Made by a program: the position numbers and the translations under genes. DNA of 64,000 nucleotides from Psammoneis japonica (taxonomy: Eukaryota), in contig QPGO01000135.1 of NCBI GenBank assembly GCA_008632985.1, forward strand, positions 62,001 through 126,000. The letters run 5' to 3'. A model generated the notes under the pieces. It had not been told where the DNA came from. It made no database searches and worked only from the letters and a program-made list of their open reading frames with translations. Positions 1 to 12,760 of this stretch are shown here, in pieces. Positions within the stretch are counted from its first letter, which is position 1. Every line of letters starts with the position of its first letter.

Positions 1-49
1 AAAGGGTCATTTTTTCGCACGTGAGCGCACCTGAGTCTGGAACAAGTCC

Positions 50-1504
50 CACATTGCAGAAGATCCGGCGCCGATGGTTTGGTTCCTGAACAGAGCGGCA
101 CATCCACATGACTTTCTTGAATTGGCAAAAACATGTCGGTCCTCAAGCCCTCCGTGGCAGTGCGATCCGTCGCCACTGAGCACAAGTTCTCTGCTCAAGC
201 GAGCCAGCTCATCAAGTCTCGTTCGGCGATCAAACCACTTGATGGGCACCCGCACTTCCCCTCTGCATTCCTGGCCCCAAGCGTCATGCATCCATGAAAG
301 GAGCAACCTTTTTGTCAGGTGCCGTTTGCAGTGTGGGATGGGCAAGAGGTTGTGTGCCATCCGATCCAGATGCGCGAGCTTCTGTGGCTGCCGGGCTTCT
401 TGGAGCTGTCCATCGGCCGACTGGGTGTGCCAACAGAGCTGATTCTCATGCAAGGACTCCAACAAACACAGGAAATTGCAGCAGCCACCCATGTGACCAC
501 TGTTTTGTTTCATGCCAAGGCGCCATTGCACCACACTGTCCCAGTTGACCCAGGACAACAGAGCATCAACGCCGCCATTCCCGCCCCGGCTGCACTCACG
601 TTGGCGGCCACACCACTTGACACAGCAACAATTTTGTTTCTTCCATCAGATTGTGTGCTTGCCAGCTGCACCTTGTACAAAGCACATGCGCAACTTCGCT
701 TGCTGCCGTGCAATGAACCATGGTCAGCGGTCTTTTGGATCTTTGGTCTCCTGGCAGAGTGCCATCAATGGCAGGGGACATCAAAATCCTTGCATGTCTG
801 GATGGCATGACAAGTGTTGCCCTCGTGGGCTGCTTCTAAAAAATTGTTTTTGTGGAAGAGGCAGCACGTGTGGTGATGGCAAAGTTCTCTGTGGCAGTGG
901 GGTTGCCCCCGTTGATTGTGGTGGATGTGGGCTCACTCTTCACGGGCATCTTCATCCAGCTGTTCAAAATCATCCAAGTTCCAGTGTTGCCGGTGCTGCA
1001 AGAAAATCATTGGGTGGCACGCAATGAGCAGCTCCACTGACATTTAAACAAGGTGGTGTGCATCAATGTGGCCAACACATCGTCAATGGCATTGTGGAAG
1101 CAAGCAGCGCATTTCACCTTGTGCGCCTGGGGTGCATCGCCAACCAACATGATGGGTCTGCCCGGGTCAAATTGCGAGTGAGTTGAGGCTCAATTGTTGG
1201 TGCTGAAAGATTGAGTCTTCTTGTGCTGTGCTGCAGCCTCCATCAAGCATCTTCATTGTTGCAGCAGATGCCGCAGACTGCCGCCCTCATCACTCTTCAA
1301 AGCTCGCTTTGTGCTTGAGCTGAGTTCTGCACTTTGCCTGTTTTCCATTTCCTTTTCCCTTCTCAGCTTTGCTTTCCCTTCAGCCTCACCTTTTGGCCTT
1401 TGCCCACTGTCCACTGCCCAAACCCTGTCAAATTGACACACAATTTTTTGTTTGGCGGTGTCATTTTTTTGTCAGTTTGTCTGTGGGTGTTTCATTTCCA
1501 TGCT
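50..1504. repeat. Unclassified dispersed repeat (family A), background host for many insertions
   Basis: Near-identical modules recur at about 8727-10170, 21100-24449, 29729-30215, 31100-32220, 40150-40718 and 54600-55560; no domain recognised. Confidence 0.8.
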
Positions 1505-1509
1505 TGCCT

Positions 1510-1703
1510 TGACAGAATGCCGAAGGTCGACAGTGATGGAGGCATGAAAGACTCCCTAAAGTGCCAGGACTGTGACAACACGAGCACTGGCAGATGAGAA
1601 AGTGAGAAGCAGATCTCAGAGAGATCTGCTCGTCTATCCACATGGTCCAGCCATCATCCGCATCCAGTCTGTCCATCATGCGATGGGCACAGATGGGCTG
1701 ACA
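1510..1703 (-). repeat. 3' LTR of copia A
   Basis: Direct repeat of 8528-8721 (tgacagaatgccgaagg...gggctgaca), next to the PPT. Confidence 0.95.
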
Positions 1704-1880
1704 CCCTCCCCTGATCTGTGACATCTCAACACAGAGAACAGTGCAGATCAAACCAAAGAATGGGGATGATGTGAGGAAAAAATAGAGAGACTAGACACAG
1801 GACACGAGAAGTGTCCATGCCCAATGCGCCATCAAACAAGAGGGCAATGCGCAGCAGGGAGGCCACCGCAGAAAAAAATG

Positions 1881-2459
1881 TCAACAGCAGTGTCCCATCA
1901 TGCGTCGAGCGTGGCGAGCGTGTGGCACCCAGCCAAGGGCCTTGGTGAGGTCATCGCTGGGGTTGACAATGCCAGGAACATGTCTCGTGACAATCTTGCC
2001 CGCTTCCTTCCATTCTTGGATCGCAAAAAACTGAATCTCAATGTGACGGGATCGCTCAGTCGGGATCGAGTGATTGACAATCTTGATCGCCGATTCATTG
2101 TCAATGTACAACGGGGTTGGCTCTGTCTGAGGGAAGCCTGGGTCCTGTAGAACGTGACGAAGGCACAGGACATGCTTGGCAGCAGTGCCAGCAGCATGAA
2201 ATTCAGCTTCCGTAGAGCTCGCAGCGGCCACCGATTGGGTCTTGCACCGAAAAGACACAGCAGCACCAGCTAACATGCAAGCACAGCCAGTCGTAGAACG
2301 ATGGTTACGGAGGTCATTGCCACAAGCAGCATCCAAGAAAGCAATGAGTTGATGATCACACGCAGGACAAGGGAACGATGGTGAGGTCGGGTCCGGAGTG
2401 AGACGTTCGAAGGGGTGGGCGGGCAGTGTGGAGTCTCGGGTGGGCTTCCTGCAGTTCAA
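1881..2459 (-). pseudogene. pol: copia RNase H
   Basis: AFLDAA, RSTTG, SSTEAEF, IDNESAI, RHIEIQF, NPSDDLTKAL motifs. Confidence 0.92.
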
Positions 2460-2477
2460 TTCCCAATGTTTGGTGCG

Positions 2478-3326
2478 TCAAAGGCACTTGCATGTTCCTT
2501 TGAGCGCGTCACAGTGAACCACAGCAGGACAGGTCGAGAACTTGGATAGAGCAGTGATGGCACACCCAATGTCCAGTCGACAGACAACATGCGCATGCAA
2601 CAATTCGCCAAGAAGAGTTCGGCAGCCGAAACCAGCAGCTTGTTGTAGTTCCGCGTGCTCCGGGGTTCCTTCAGCTGGGCCAATGGTGTTGTGCAGTTCG
2701 CGAACAGAGTCAACAGGCAGTGGGGTGGCCTTGCAGTCGTCGTCAAGTTCCTCCTCCGTCGGTGTCGACCAACCATGCGAGGCACAAACCCGATCTACAC
2801 AGCTGTGAACAGCAGTGCCAATGGAGTCATTGCATTGATGAACATCCACACCATTGAATTCGTCAATCATGCCAAGACACTTGAACGGCGGAGAGGTTTC
2901 CGATTCCAATTGGAGAGCTTTGCCAATCTTGTCATAGATCTTGATCGCAATGGACTCTTCAGGACAAGCGAGAGAGAAATCATCAACCTGACGGAGGAGC
3001 AAGATCTTGTGTCCTTCAAAAGCAGCAGAGTAGATGCATTTGTCATGAGCAGTGTTGCGAAAAAGCAGGTTCACATCAGACAAAATACCGTTGATGTGCG
3101 TCTCCCAGAGCACGCCGGCTTCTGGGTGTCCTTGAAGTGCATGTTGCATCGGGAGCACCATGCTCCCATCCAAGTCAATGCCAAACCGAGCCTTGCACCA
3201 GGTTGCGCATGCCTCGTCCATGGCAACATGTGCGGGGTGTGACGGTCGTGGAGAGTGTGCACAGGCATCACGAGCATCCCCACCAAAGACAGGATGGCTC
3301 ATGGTCGCAGCAAGGGCAAAAAACAT
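2478..3326 (-). pseudogene. pol: copia reverse transcriptase (frameshifted)
   Basis: DARDACAH, ALQGHPEAG, DKCIY, LRQVDDF, LGELLH, RLDIG motifs of RVT_2. Confidence 0.9.
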
Positions 3327-3416
3327 GCGTTGGACAGGCTGCTCAACACAGGACGAGTGCGTCGAGTAGAGTCGATGTAGTGTCGACGCAGCACGGGGAG
3401 ATCCATCACAGCACTG

Positions 3417-6239
3417 TCAAGAGCGCCGTGTGCCATCATGCTTGAGGTCATGTTGCCAATGTGGACGAAGTGCGACAGCATCCTTGGGTCGTTTAATTGG
3501 TGCACCAAACATCCCCAACTCATGGAACTGGTCAAGTTGTTTGAATTCACCTGCATGCCATTCAGGCCACGTGTCCAACTTCTTGAGGCGATGGCGGGTG
3601 AAAGCACCCAAGGCTTGTTCCTCTGGAGTAACAGCGTGAGATGAGATGGCACAGATGTTGACCACACCATTGTCACAATCAACAAAGAACGGCGGAGGGA
3701 CATCGTCATCGTCCGTTTCGGAGAAATCAATGTCGGGGTGGCGGATGGCAGCAACAGCACGTGTGTCGGCGTTGGTGATTTCCGGAACATGCTCATCATC
3801 AGGATCAGGACTCGGTGCACACATGTTGTGTTCCATCAGCGCACGTTGTAGGGCTTGAGAGTCCAGGCGACGTTCCGGCGCGAATTCAATTTCAAAATGA
3901 GTCTTGCCAGAATCACAGACTTGCTGAAAACGTTTGACAGCCTCCTCTGCCGTGAATGTGGGATGATCATCGATCGATGCGATGCACGCACCCTTGACCT
4001 TGTTGCGGGTGGCCTTCAAAGAAGAGAAAAGACGTGCAGCAGGAGAACCACGCTTGATGTCAGAGACAAATGCTCGCCGATGGAGATCGTCCGTAGCCAA
4101 AGAAAGTCCAAATGTGGGATCAGTGAATGGTCCCTTCATCGTACGCTCAATGGTCTTGGCAAAAGGATTCCCATGAAAGTGGAATTCATCCATCATGGTT
4201 TCTTCAGTCTCGGCAGGTAAAGCCTTGCCATCTTGAGTGCGTTCCAAGTGAACCACATTTGGCGGAAGAGAGTCGTGGGGAAGATCATTCATGCCCTCAT
4301 CGTAGCGAATGTGCTTGGCAAGCTTGACACGCGATGTCTCAGCATCACACCAAAGAATGTTCTTGGCAGTGTCCGGAAGACAGCCTAAGAACATTCCCTT
4401 GCGAGAGACAGACCAAAATTTTGCTGGGCGGTGATTCGACGCACGCACCCACACTCGACAACCAAATGTACGAAAGTTCTTGAAATCATCCTTCCGACCA
4501 GTGGCGAGAGTGATCAGAGCAGCAGGTTGTCCACGGGATGGTGTGGTGTTGTTGATTCGAGTGAAATGATGAAAAGCATGGGGCCAGAATTTGATGGGCA
4601 AATCGGCACCGATTGGCATCGCCCGGATGGCATTGGCAACAGACAAATGACTGCGTTCCACTGGGCCACTCTGATTTGAAGCATCTTTTCCCGTGGGACG
4701 AATTGCACAATGAAAGTCATCCTCGAAGAGTCGCCAAACTTCTGGGTTCTGATGCAATTCACCTCCTTGATCCATGAATGCACATTCATCTGGACATTTT
4801 GGCGAGTGCTCTTCCAGAAAGTGGCGAATCCAATTCAAAGGGGTTGCCTTGGAGACACGAGTTGCACCATGGAGACGCTTCGTTTTATGATCATAAACGG
4901 CAATCCAACAAGTCTCGCCATTCAATCCAACACAGTCCTTGGTGCGCTCCGAGTTCTTGGAGCGTAGGCCAGAGAAGGAAAAATCAATTGTAAGGCCTTG
5001 GCATGGTTGGGTGGCAGTAAGAGCAGTGTTCGGACCGGCAGGTTCCTTCGTCTGCTTGGCTCGTTTGCATGTGGGACAAGTGTCGAGAGGAGAAGTTCCG
5101 TGGGCAAACTTGGGGACGCCATCAACATGTTCATGGGCATGACAAAGGTGGTGATCACTCGGATGACCAAGTCGCTGATGCCACAAAAGACGTTCCGTGT
5201 CAGCCTTGAGAGACTGGACAGGAATGTTCTTCTCAGCACACTTCTCGAAAGGAATGTCTTGATGGACACGGGGGATCAACTTGCGTTCAGCACGAAGAGC
5301 TTCATGTTGGTGGGTGCGACAAGTCTCAATCACACACGCAGAGACCGCTTCACACTCATCGGCAAAAGAAGGATCAGCAGTCTTGAGGCGCTCGACAGAT
5401 GCATCCAGTTCGTCGTTAGATTCCGGGAGAATGAGAGGGTGAGCAAAACATTTTCCATTGATCAATTTTCCATGAATGACAATGTCCTGACTCTTGCGCA
5501 ATCGGTGTCGTGCAACAAACTTGCAGGTGCCGAGATCATGGAACTTGAGAATGCAATCGACATTGCAATCTGCGCGACGAGAACCATTTTGACGAAGGAG
5601 GAGTCGCTCATTGACCAACGTAGATTGGATCTGTGGGTGGCAGTGTGCATGGACCTCAACACAGCCATCAGAGTTCTCTGCACGGATGCGAAGATGGCCG
5701 AATCCAACTGGGACAGCTTGGTGGCCAAGGGCCGGGTTGACGGCAAGGGGACAGGGATGGGACGGAGTGAAGTCTTGGCAGCGATGGAGGAGGTCACGGT
5801 CGCCTGCACACGCAATGTCGGCACCTGCACCCAACTGAGCACAACGTTCATTCAGAGCAAAGTTTGCCCCATTGACAGAACAAGTGGATTGCAGTGGTTC
5901 CGGCTCAGGTGAGTGATTCGCCTGGTGTGGATCGATCGGAGTAACACGAACAGAATTGACAGCAGCAAAACCGTCTTCAACAGCAATGTCATCACATGTG
6001 AGATCAATGTGTTCCTCAAAAACCGGTGTTTCTGGGTCTTCCCTCCCCTGTTCCAAAGGATCCAGAACATGAGCAGCATCAACGGAGGCTTCTTGAGGAG
6101 CAGGGTCATCATCGGGTAACGTGCTGGCATCAAATGACATCTTCGTGGAGGTGGAAGGGGTGGCATCCACATCAATCTGTGAGGAAAGAGGTGTTGCAGC
6201 GGTGGATGACGAGACGGTTAGTCCCTCTTTCAAGGTCAT
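3417..6239 (-). pseudogene. pol: copia pol: pre-integrase and integrase region
   Basis: LWHQRLGHP...CPTC HHCC region; IDFS, MDQGGE, VERSH DDE core; FRTFGCRVWV and KGMFLGC (Y>C) C-terminal motifs. Confidence 0.9.
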
Positions 6240-6483
6240 CCCGCTGACATTGGTCTTGTCTCGGTGAGGAGATAACGGGCAGCGTCGGAGATCCGAAACT
6301 AGCTGCGATGGCCCGATTGAAAATCCGAGGGCTGAGCACTAGACGGAGGCAGATTTTCAGGATTGTCATGATGAGGTGGGAGCAAACCTTGGGGTCCTTG
6401 GAACTCAGAAGCACGCACAGCTGCTTCCCATTTTAAAAATTGACAAAAATGGATGTGGAATCCCTTGATGTACGGGTCATTCT

Positions 6484-8349
6484 TCAGGACTGGACAGTCA
6501 TCAAATGATGCTCTCCAGAGCAGACAAGACATGGTTTCTTGGAGGCTTCATGCGGAGCAACTTTCAGTTTATAGACTGAAGCCGAGTGTGCATGGTGAAG
6601 GATTCGATCTTCGTCCATAGATGGGATCTCGAGTTCGTGTAATTCGTCGCAAAGAGCATCAAAGGTGTCCGGAGGTGGAGATTCTGCACCAGGATCTTCA
6701 GTGGTAGAGTCATCAACTGGTTCATGGAGGGGCATCTCAGGGATCTGGAGAGAGTTGACATTGGCAGGTGTGCGTCGCGTAGAAGCATCTGCTCGATTCC
6801 ATGTACGGCATGGGTTGGATTGCGTCGTACGAGTGGGAAGGGATGGGCCACCCGGTTGGCAGAGGAAATCAGAGAGAGTCTCGACAATCTGTGCATCCGT
6901 GTGCTTCTTCTGCACAGCTGGAGACTTCCGTTCATCTCTGGCAGCACGTGATAAGAACTTGGAGTACTTGGTGTTCTTGACAAAGACAGTCATCTCCCGT
7001 GGATCGTTCAACGTAGAGTCCGTGTCAAAAATGTAGGCATGTAGCTGCAGGAAATCATTGAAGATCATGTGGCAGTCCGTTGATGATCGATTGCCTTGGA
7101 TGGGGTGGGAATCAACAAGTCCAGCAGCATCATGATCAAAGGCAGGGTGATTCTCGTAGATGATCTGCTTTAGAGCCTTGCATCCGTTGCCGCAGCACGA
7201 TGCAACAATCCGATGACACTTGCTGTTCTTGGGGAACATGTCCGACTTGGAGAGGATTTTGTGGAGAGAACTCTGAGCTTCCTTGCAGTGGACGTACATG
7301 CGTTGAGGCAAGTCATCATCCTTGCCGTTGCCGATCTCAAAACCCTTCTCACCACCGTGATCCTCAGTGAAACACCACAGGGGATGCATGCAGTAACCTG
7401 AATCAAAGGCATGACGTTGGAGATTTTGGTGCCATGCTCGCATCCCAGGGGGAGAGTCGTCATGACATACAGGAGGTTCTCTGAACAGCATTTTCTGATC
7501 AGGAGTCGAGCTCATGATGAAAAGGGTGCCATCGTTAAGGATGACACGATCGGATGCATCAACACAGTGACGGAATCCATGGTCGCAAGGGACAAGAAAG
7601 CTCTGAAGAGTGACTTTTCCGTCTTCTTTGCGGTCGTAGCGTGCACGAACGTCTGCAGGAAGTGTGTTCGGATTGAAGAGGCATTTCGATGTTGCGGAAG
7701 ATGTGGCACTTCCAGATGTCTTAGCAGAAGCTGTAGAAGGCGGAGCATGGCTCGACGTGCATGCATTGAGTGCGGTTGCCAAGTCAGTCACAGTCAATGT
7801 AGCAGGTCCTGCAGGTTTCTGAGAAGAAGACGGAGGCTGCTGTTTCTTCTGGCAGGGCGTAAGAGAGAACTCGTTCCAATTGCGATAGTTCCACATCATG
7901 TCCGGATCAACATGCATGTGTTGGGTAGATGTGACAATGAACAGAGATTGTTCACCGTTCTGAAGATTCGTCTTGATCATCTTTGATAAGATCGGAGTCG
8001 TCAGGCAGACTGGACGAGGCCTTTGAGGGTCAAGAAGTCTGAACGGGGCTTGATCCACAATCGTCTTGATTGATTCTATATCCGTGGGATCAGCTGTGCA
8101 AGGTGGAAATGCTTCATGGATGAAACAATCGCGAAGCATGTCCGCAAAATCGTTCTTGGGTTGCGCATGCTCTGGATCGTCAAAAAATCGATCGAGATCA
8201 GTTGTGGAGTCTGCATGAACCGCACTCAGGCACTGATGTAGATGTGGTGTCGTTGCATGTGCCTCAAATTCGCAGCAGATCTCTGCAATTGACGCAGGAG
8301 CGGCTTTTGCAAGGTCGGGAGACGCCATGGTTTTAGTGGGTGGAGCCAT
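6484..8349 (-). pseudogene. gag: gag-like ORF of copia A
   Basis: 621-aa ORF just inside the 5' LTR ending in a degenerate Zn knuckle (CLVCSGEHH, continuing as FDDC in another frame). Confidence 0.7.
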
Positions 8350-8513
8350 TTTTGGTCATGCACGCGTGGAAATCTGGTGTGTTTCTACGGTCGTGAAAAA
8401 TGCCGGGAAAGCGAGACAAAAAGTTGTCAGATCAGACGATGAGGCTCGCTTGATCGGCTCACAAAACAAATGAATCGAGATGGAAAGCTTGGCACAGAGG
8501 TCTGTGGCACAGC

Positions 8514-8527
8514 GCACGGCCATGACC
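8514..8527 (-). promoter_or_regulatory. Putative primer-binding site, half-tRNA(iMet) type
   Basis: Minus strand GGTCATGGCC directly inside the 5' LTR; resembles the GGTTATG... internal-tRNA PBS of copia-type elements with TA>CA. Confidence 0.5.
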
Positions 8528-8721
8528 TGACAGAATGCCGAAGGTCGACAGTGACAGAGGCATGAAAGACTCCCTGAAGTGCCAGGACTGTGACAACACG
8601 AGTGCTGGTAGATGAGAAAGTGAGAAGCAGATCTCAGAGAGATCTGCTCGTCTGTCTGTGTGGTCTGGCCATCATCCGCATCCAGTCTGTCCATCATACG
8701 ACAGGTGCAGATGGGCTGACA
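8528..8721 (-). repeat. 5' LTR of copia A
   Basis: Direct repeat of 1510-1703, followed on + by TSD TGCCT. Confidence 0.95.
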
Positions 8722-11700
8722 TGCCTGACACTGATGCTTGGTGGTGTCACATTGTCCGTGCTCCCCTTTCCCATTTCCTTTTCCCTGCTCCCATTTGTCA
8801 TGTGAGGGAAGGCTTGATCAGCTGGGCTGCTTGTTTCAGCACTCAAATGCCAAGCATGGCGGCGGCCATCGAGGCTGGCCACATGATGGCGGTCATTGCA
8901 GCCTCTGCTGTGATCAAGCAGCTGCATCCCGGCAACACTGCAAAAGATCTGGCACCGATGGTTTGGTTCCTGGACAGAGCGGCCCACCCACATGACTTTC
9001 TTGAATTGGCAAAAACAAGTCGGTCCTCAAGCCCTCCACCGCAGCGCAATCTGTCGCCATGGAACACGAGCTCTCTGCCCAAGCGGGCCAACTCATCAAG
9101 TCTCGCTCGACGATCAGACCACTCGATCGGCACCCACACTTTTCCCCCACATTCCCAGCCCAAGTTTCATGCACCCATGAAAGGAGCAACCTTTTTGTCA
9201 GGTGCCGTTGGCAACGTGGGATGAGCAAGAGGCGGTGTGCCATCCGACCCAGATGCGCGAGCTTCTGTGGCTGCCAAGCTTCTTGGAAAATTGCAGTGCA
9301 AAACATGATGTGCTGTTCGGCCGGTGTGCTCTTGGTGGAGGTGGCTTTTGTTCTTTGGATGTGGAGCAGGGCACATCTCAATGCACACAGTTTCTCCGAC
9401 ACCGGCGCAGCTGTGGTCAGCTTCATGTTCTGCCATGCATTGCAGTGGCGTGGGTGCAGCTTCATCTGGGCACAGGCACCACTGCCTCACTCCGAATCCA
9501 AATGGCCCATGTCTTTGCAATCATTTTTGGCTTGAATCATTCCTGAGCCACCCAGTCAAGAGTGCCACGAAGCTCTGGTTTTCTGTCGTCAAGCCCAGGA
9601 AATGTTTGGTGATGCCAACAAACAGCAGCTCAACAACGCCGCCCTTGAAGCCAACAACGACTCTTCTGTTGTTTCAGACCAGTCAGCTCCTCTCTGAAGT
9701 TTCTTCCTTGCTTTGCTGCATTCTCCATCTGCGTCTTTCAAAGTGCACCTCATTTCTGCATTTTGTTTCTCTCTTTCAGTTTTGCAAACATCCACCAAAG
9801 TTTGTTTTGCACTTGAGCTGAGTTCTGTGCTTCACCCATTTCCCATTTCCCATTTTCCCTTCAGCCTCACCTTTTGGCCTTTGCCCGCTGTCCGCTGCCC
9901 AAACCCAGTCAAATTGACGCACAATTTTTTGTTTGGTGGTGTCATTTTTTTGTCAGTTTGTCTGTGGGTGTGTCATTTCCATGCTGACCTGACATTGATT
10001 TTTGTGCTTGGCAGTGTCATGTTGTCCGTGCTCCCCTTTCCCATTTCCTTTTCCCCGCTCCCATTTGTCATGTGAGGGGAGGCTTGATGAGCTGGGCTGC
10101 CCGGTTGTTTCAGCATTCAAGTGCCAAGCATGGCGATGGCCATCAAGTGAGGCCACATGATGGTCGTCATTGCTGACAGGATTTGAGCAAGATTTCAGTT
10201 TGTCGCGCACAATCATGTGTGCTCTCAGCTCCGGGCACACCACACGATGCAAATTGCTTTCAAGCCACATGGCTCGCAAGAACAACAACAGTGGCGCCGA
10301 CATCACGACACCAGTCTTTCGGCTCCTGCAACAGTCTCCACACGGAGACTCACCTGCCACTCAGACAGCAGCGAGGAGTCACTGTTTTCTTCCACCCAGT
10401 CATCTTCAACTTCTGTCAGATCAACAGTCTTGCTCATTCTTGCCCACTGAGCATTCATCATTGTCATCGAGAAATTTTTTGATCACGTGCACAGCTGGCG
10501 GTGGAAGTGCACATCTGCCTTCTTCGCTGCTGGATGCTGGATTAAATCCACACATTTGGTTTTGTCCAACACCTCCCATCATTGCATGTGTTTGTTCAAC
10601 GGACATTTGTTTGGTCAGGAATTCCCAAATTCTCAGAAATCTGAGATTCCAGATTCCCCGCAGCAGATTCTGCCCTGGTCAGCAGACAGACCAATCCATC
10701 TGTTCGCGCTCATGTGCGCACGACATGAGCCCTTGACTCTGGCCCTGCTTCGCACATGCCAAGTCCACCGCCTTGCATCTGCACCGGATTGCTGGTCTTC
10801 TGCAGTCCTGCAAGGTCCACGAAGACAACTGCAAGAGGAAGCAATTCGTGATTGCAGCCTGCGTTGGGGCGAGGGTGCAGTTCCCACGTTTGTTCGTCCC
10901 TCCACAGTGCCAAATTTGGCTGGCCTGATCGGGTCATCCAACCGACACAAAATGAGAACGGTTCGGAGGTCTTGTCCACCTCCAGCTGGCTTGTCAGCAG
11001 GGGTTTTTAACCCATTGCTCCACTCTCAAGCAACCCAAATTGTCACCAGCTGCGGGTTCGGATGTGCCGGCACAACTCTGCAGGCAAACGGGATGTCATG
11101 GCCCGGTGGCTTCTGACTTGCAAGATGGCTCAAGACTTCAAGTCAAGACTCAAGCCAAGTTTCAAGTTGTTTCAAGCTCACCTTCTGACTCTGGCCAGTC
11201 CCGACACTCACCCAGTTGCAACATGGTTCTGACCAGACAGCAACAAATCAATCCCATGCGTGACTTGAAACAAGGCATCAAACGCAACCCACTCACCTTC
11301 GCGCTTCTCAAGTCTGACAAACAGTGGCACATGTGGCACACCTCCATCATTGCACAGGCCCACTCCCATGAAGTTGACCGCGTTCTTGACATGAAGAACA
11401 AGCCCTCTGCAGCTGAGGACAAGGCCCTGTTTGATGAACAACAGAAGCACATGTTCATTGTGTTCGAATGCATCTTGCAGAGCGACAAAGGCAAGGCACT
11501 CTTTTGTGAACATGTTGGCTCCTCTGATGCTCAAGCGGTGTGTCGTGACCTGTCCAAGTGTGCCCTTGCTTCCACTCGCGCATCCCTGGAGTCCTCAACC
11601 CTTCTTGTGCACCTCACCACTGCTCATCTCGGTGATGGCACCTGGAAAGGATCCACTCGTGCCTTCACACTTCGCTGGCATGACCAGCTTTGCAAGCACA

Positions 11701-11935
11701 AAGCTCTCATCCTGGGCATGGACCATTTCTTGGCTGGCCAGAAATGTGTCATGCTTGAGAACTCTGTTCACCCTGTCAAAGAACTGCGCTTGGCAAAGAA
11801 TCAGGCCAATCAGTTTCGTGTGCAGAATGGCAAGGGCCTTTCTTGTGAGCAGTGGCATGGACTCCTGCTTTCTGCCGTGGCACAGCACGACAGCACATTT
11901 GCCCCCAAGACGGCTCCTTGTGCTCCGCACCGTGC

Positions 11936-12562
11936 CATCTGCGAACATGACCTGGCCCCCAACGACCCTGACGATGATGCATTCTTCAACATCAACAGTG
12001 ATGTTGATGTCATCCAAGCTCATGCTGCACAAACTCGCGGCAACTCCCTCACCAGGGAACAACGGCGTCGCATTCCGCCGGACCATCAGCACATTTGGGA
12101 CACCTTGCCCCAGCCCACCAAGGCCATCATTCTTGGCTTGCATGCTGCCCACACGGGCAACTGCCATGACTTGACGGCAGTCAACCTGCACGACCTCGGC
12201 ATTGGCAGCAATGGCGATGTCAACTTGTCCGCCAACACTCACAATCTTGCATCGGCCTCATCTGCGAACATGACCTGGCCCCCAATGACCCTGACGACAA
12301 TGCATTCTTCGACATCAACAGCGATGTTGACATCATCCAAGCTCATGCTGCGCAAACTCGTGGCAACTCCCTTGCCAGGGAACAACGGCATCACATTCCG
12401 CAGGGCCATCAACACATTTGGGACACCTTGCCCCAGCCCACCAAGGCCATCATTCTTGGCTTGCACGCTGCCCACATGGGCAACTGCCATGACTTGACGG
12501 CGGTCAACCTGCACCACCTCCGCATTGGCAGCAATGGCAATGTCAACTTGTCCGCCAACACT
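11936..12562 (+). repeat. Tandem duplication of about 320 bp within copia B gag
   Basis: catctgcgaacatgacctggccccc...tccgccaacact occurs at about 11936-12239 and again at 12259-12562. Confidence 0.85.
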
Positions 12563-12760
12563 GGGCCGCTCCAAAAAACACAAACCCATAAATGCACAAA
12601 TCTGTGTCTTTTTGACATAGATTTTTTTAGCTGTCCACCAGGCCGCCAATCTCGACATTTGTCAGAGCTCGAACCGTCGGAGGGAATCTTTCTTTTCACT
12701 CCGACAGAAATTTGAAAAAATGACTCGCACGGCTCTCTGCTCTAGCACCATTGTTGTCAT

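Larger units (their letters stand above)
1510..8721 (-). mobile_element. Full-length degenerate Ty1/copia LTR retrotransposon (copia A)
   Basis: 194-bp TG...CA LTRs at 1510-1703 and 8528-8721; 5-bp TSD TGCCT (1505-1509 and 8722-8726); polypurine tract (ccctcccc on +, 1704-1711); minus-strand order gag-IN-RT-RNase H. Confidence 0.95.

Noticed and set aside
1510..8721. ADAR editing of retroelement RNA fixed by reverse transcription
   Set aside because: It would give A>G on the transcribed strand only. Here A>G and T>C co-occur in one ORF, LTR pairs and a TSD diverged after insertion, and DNA transposons are affected.
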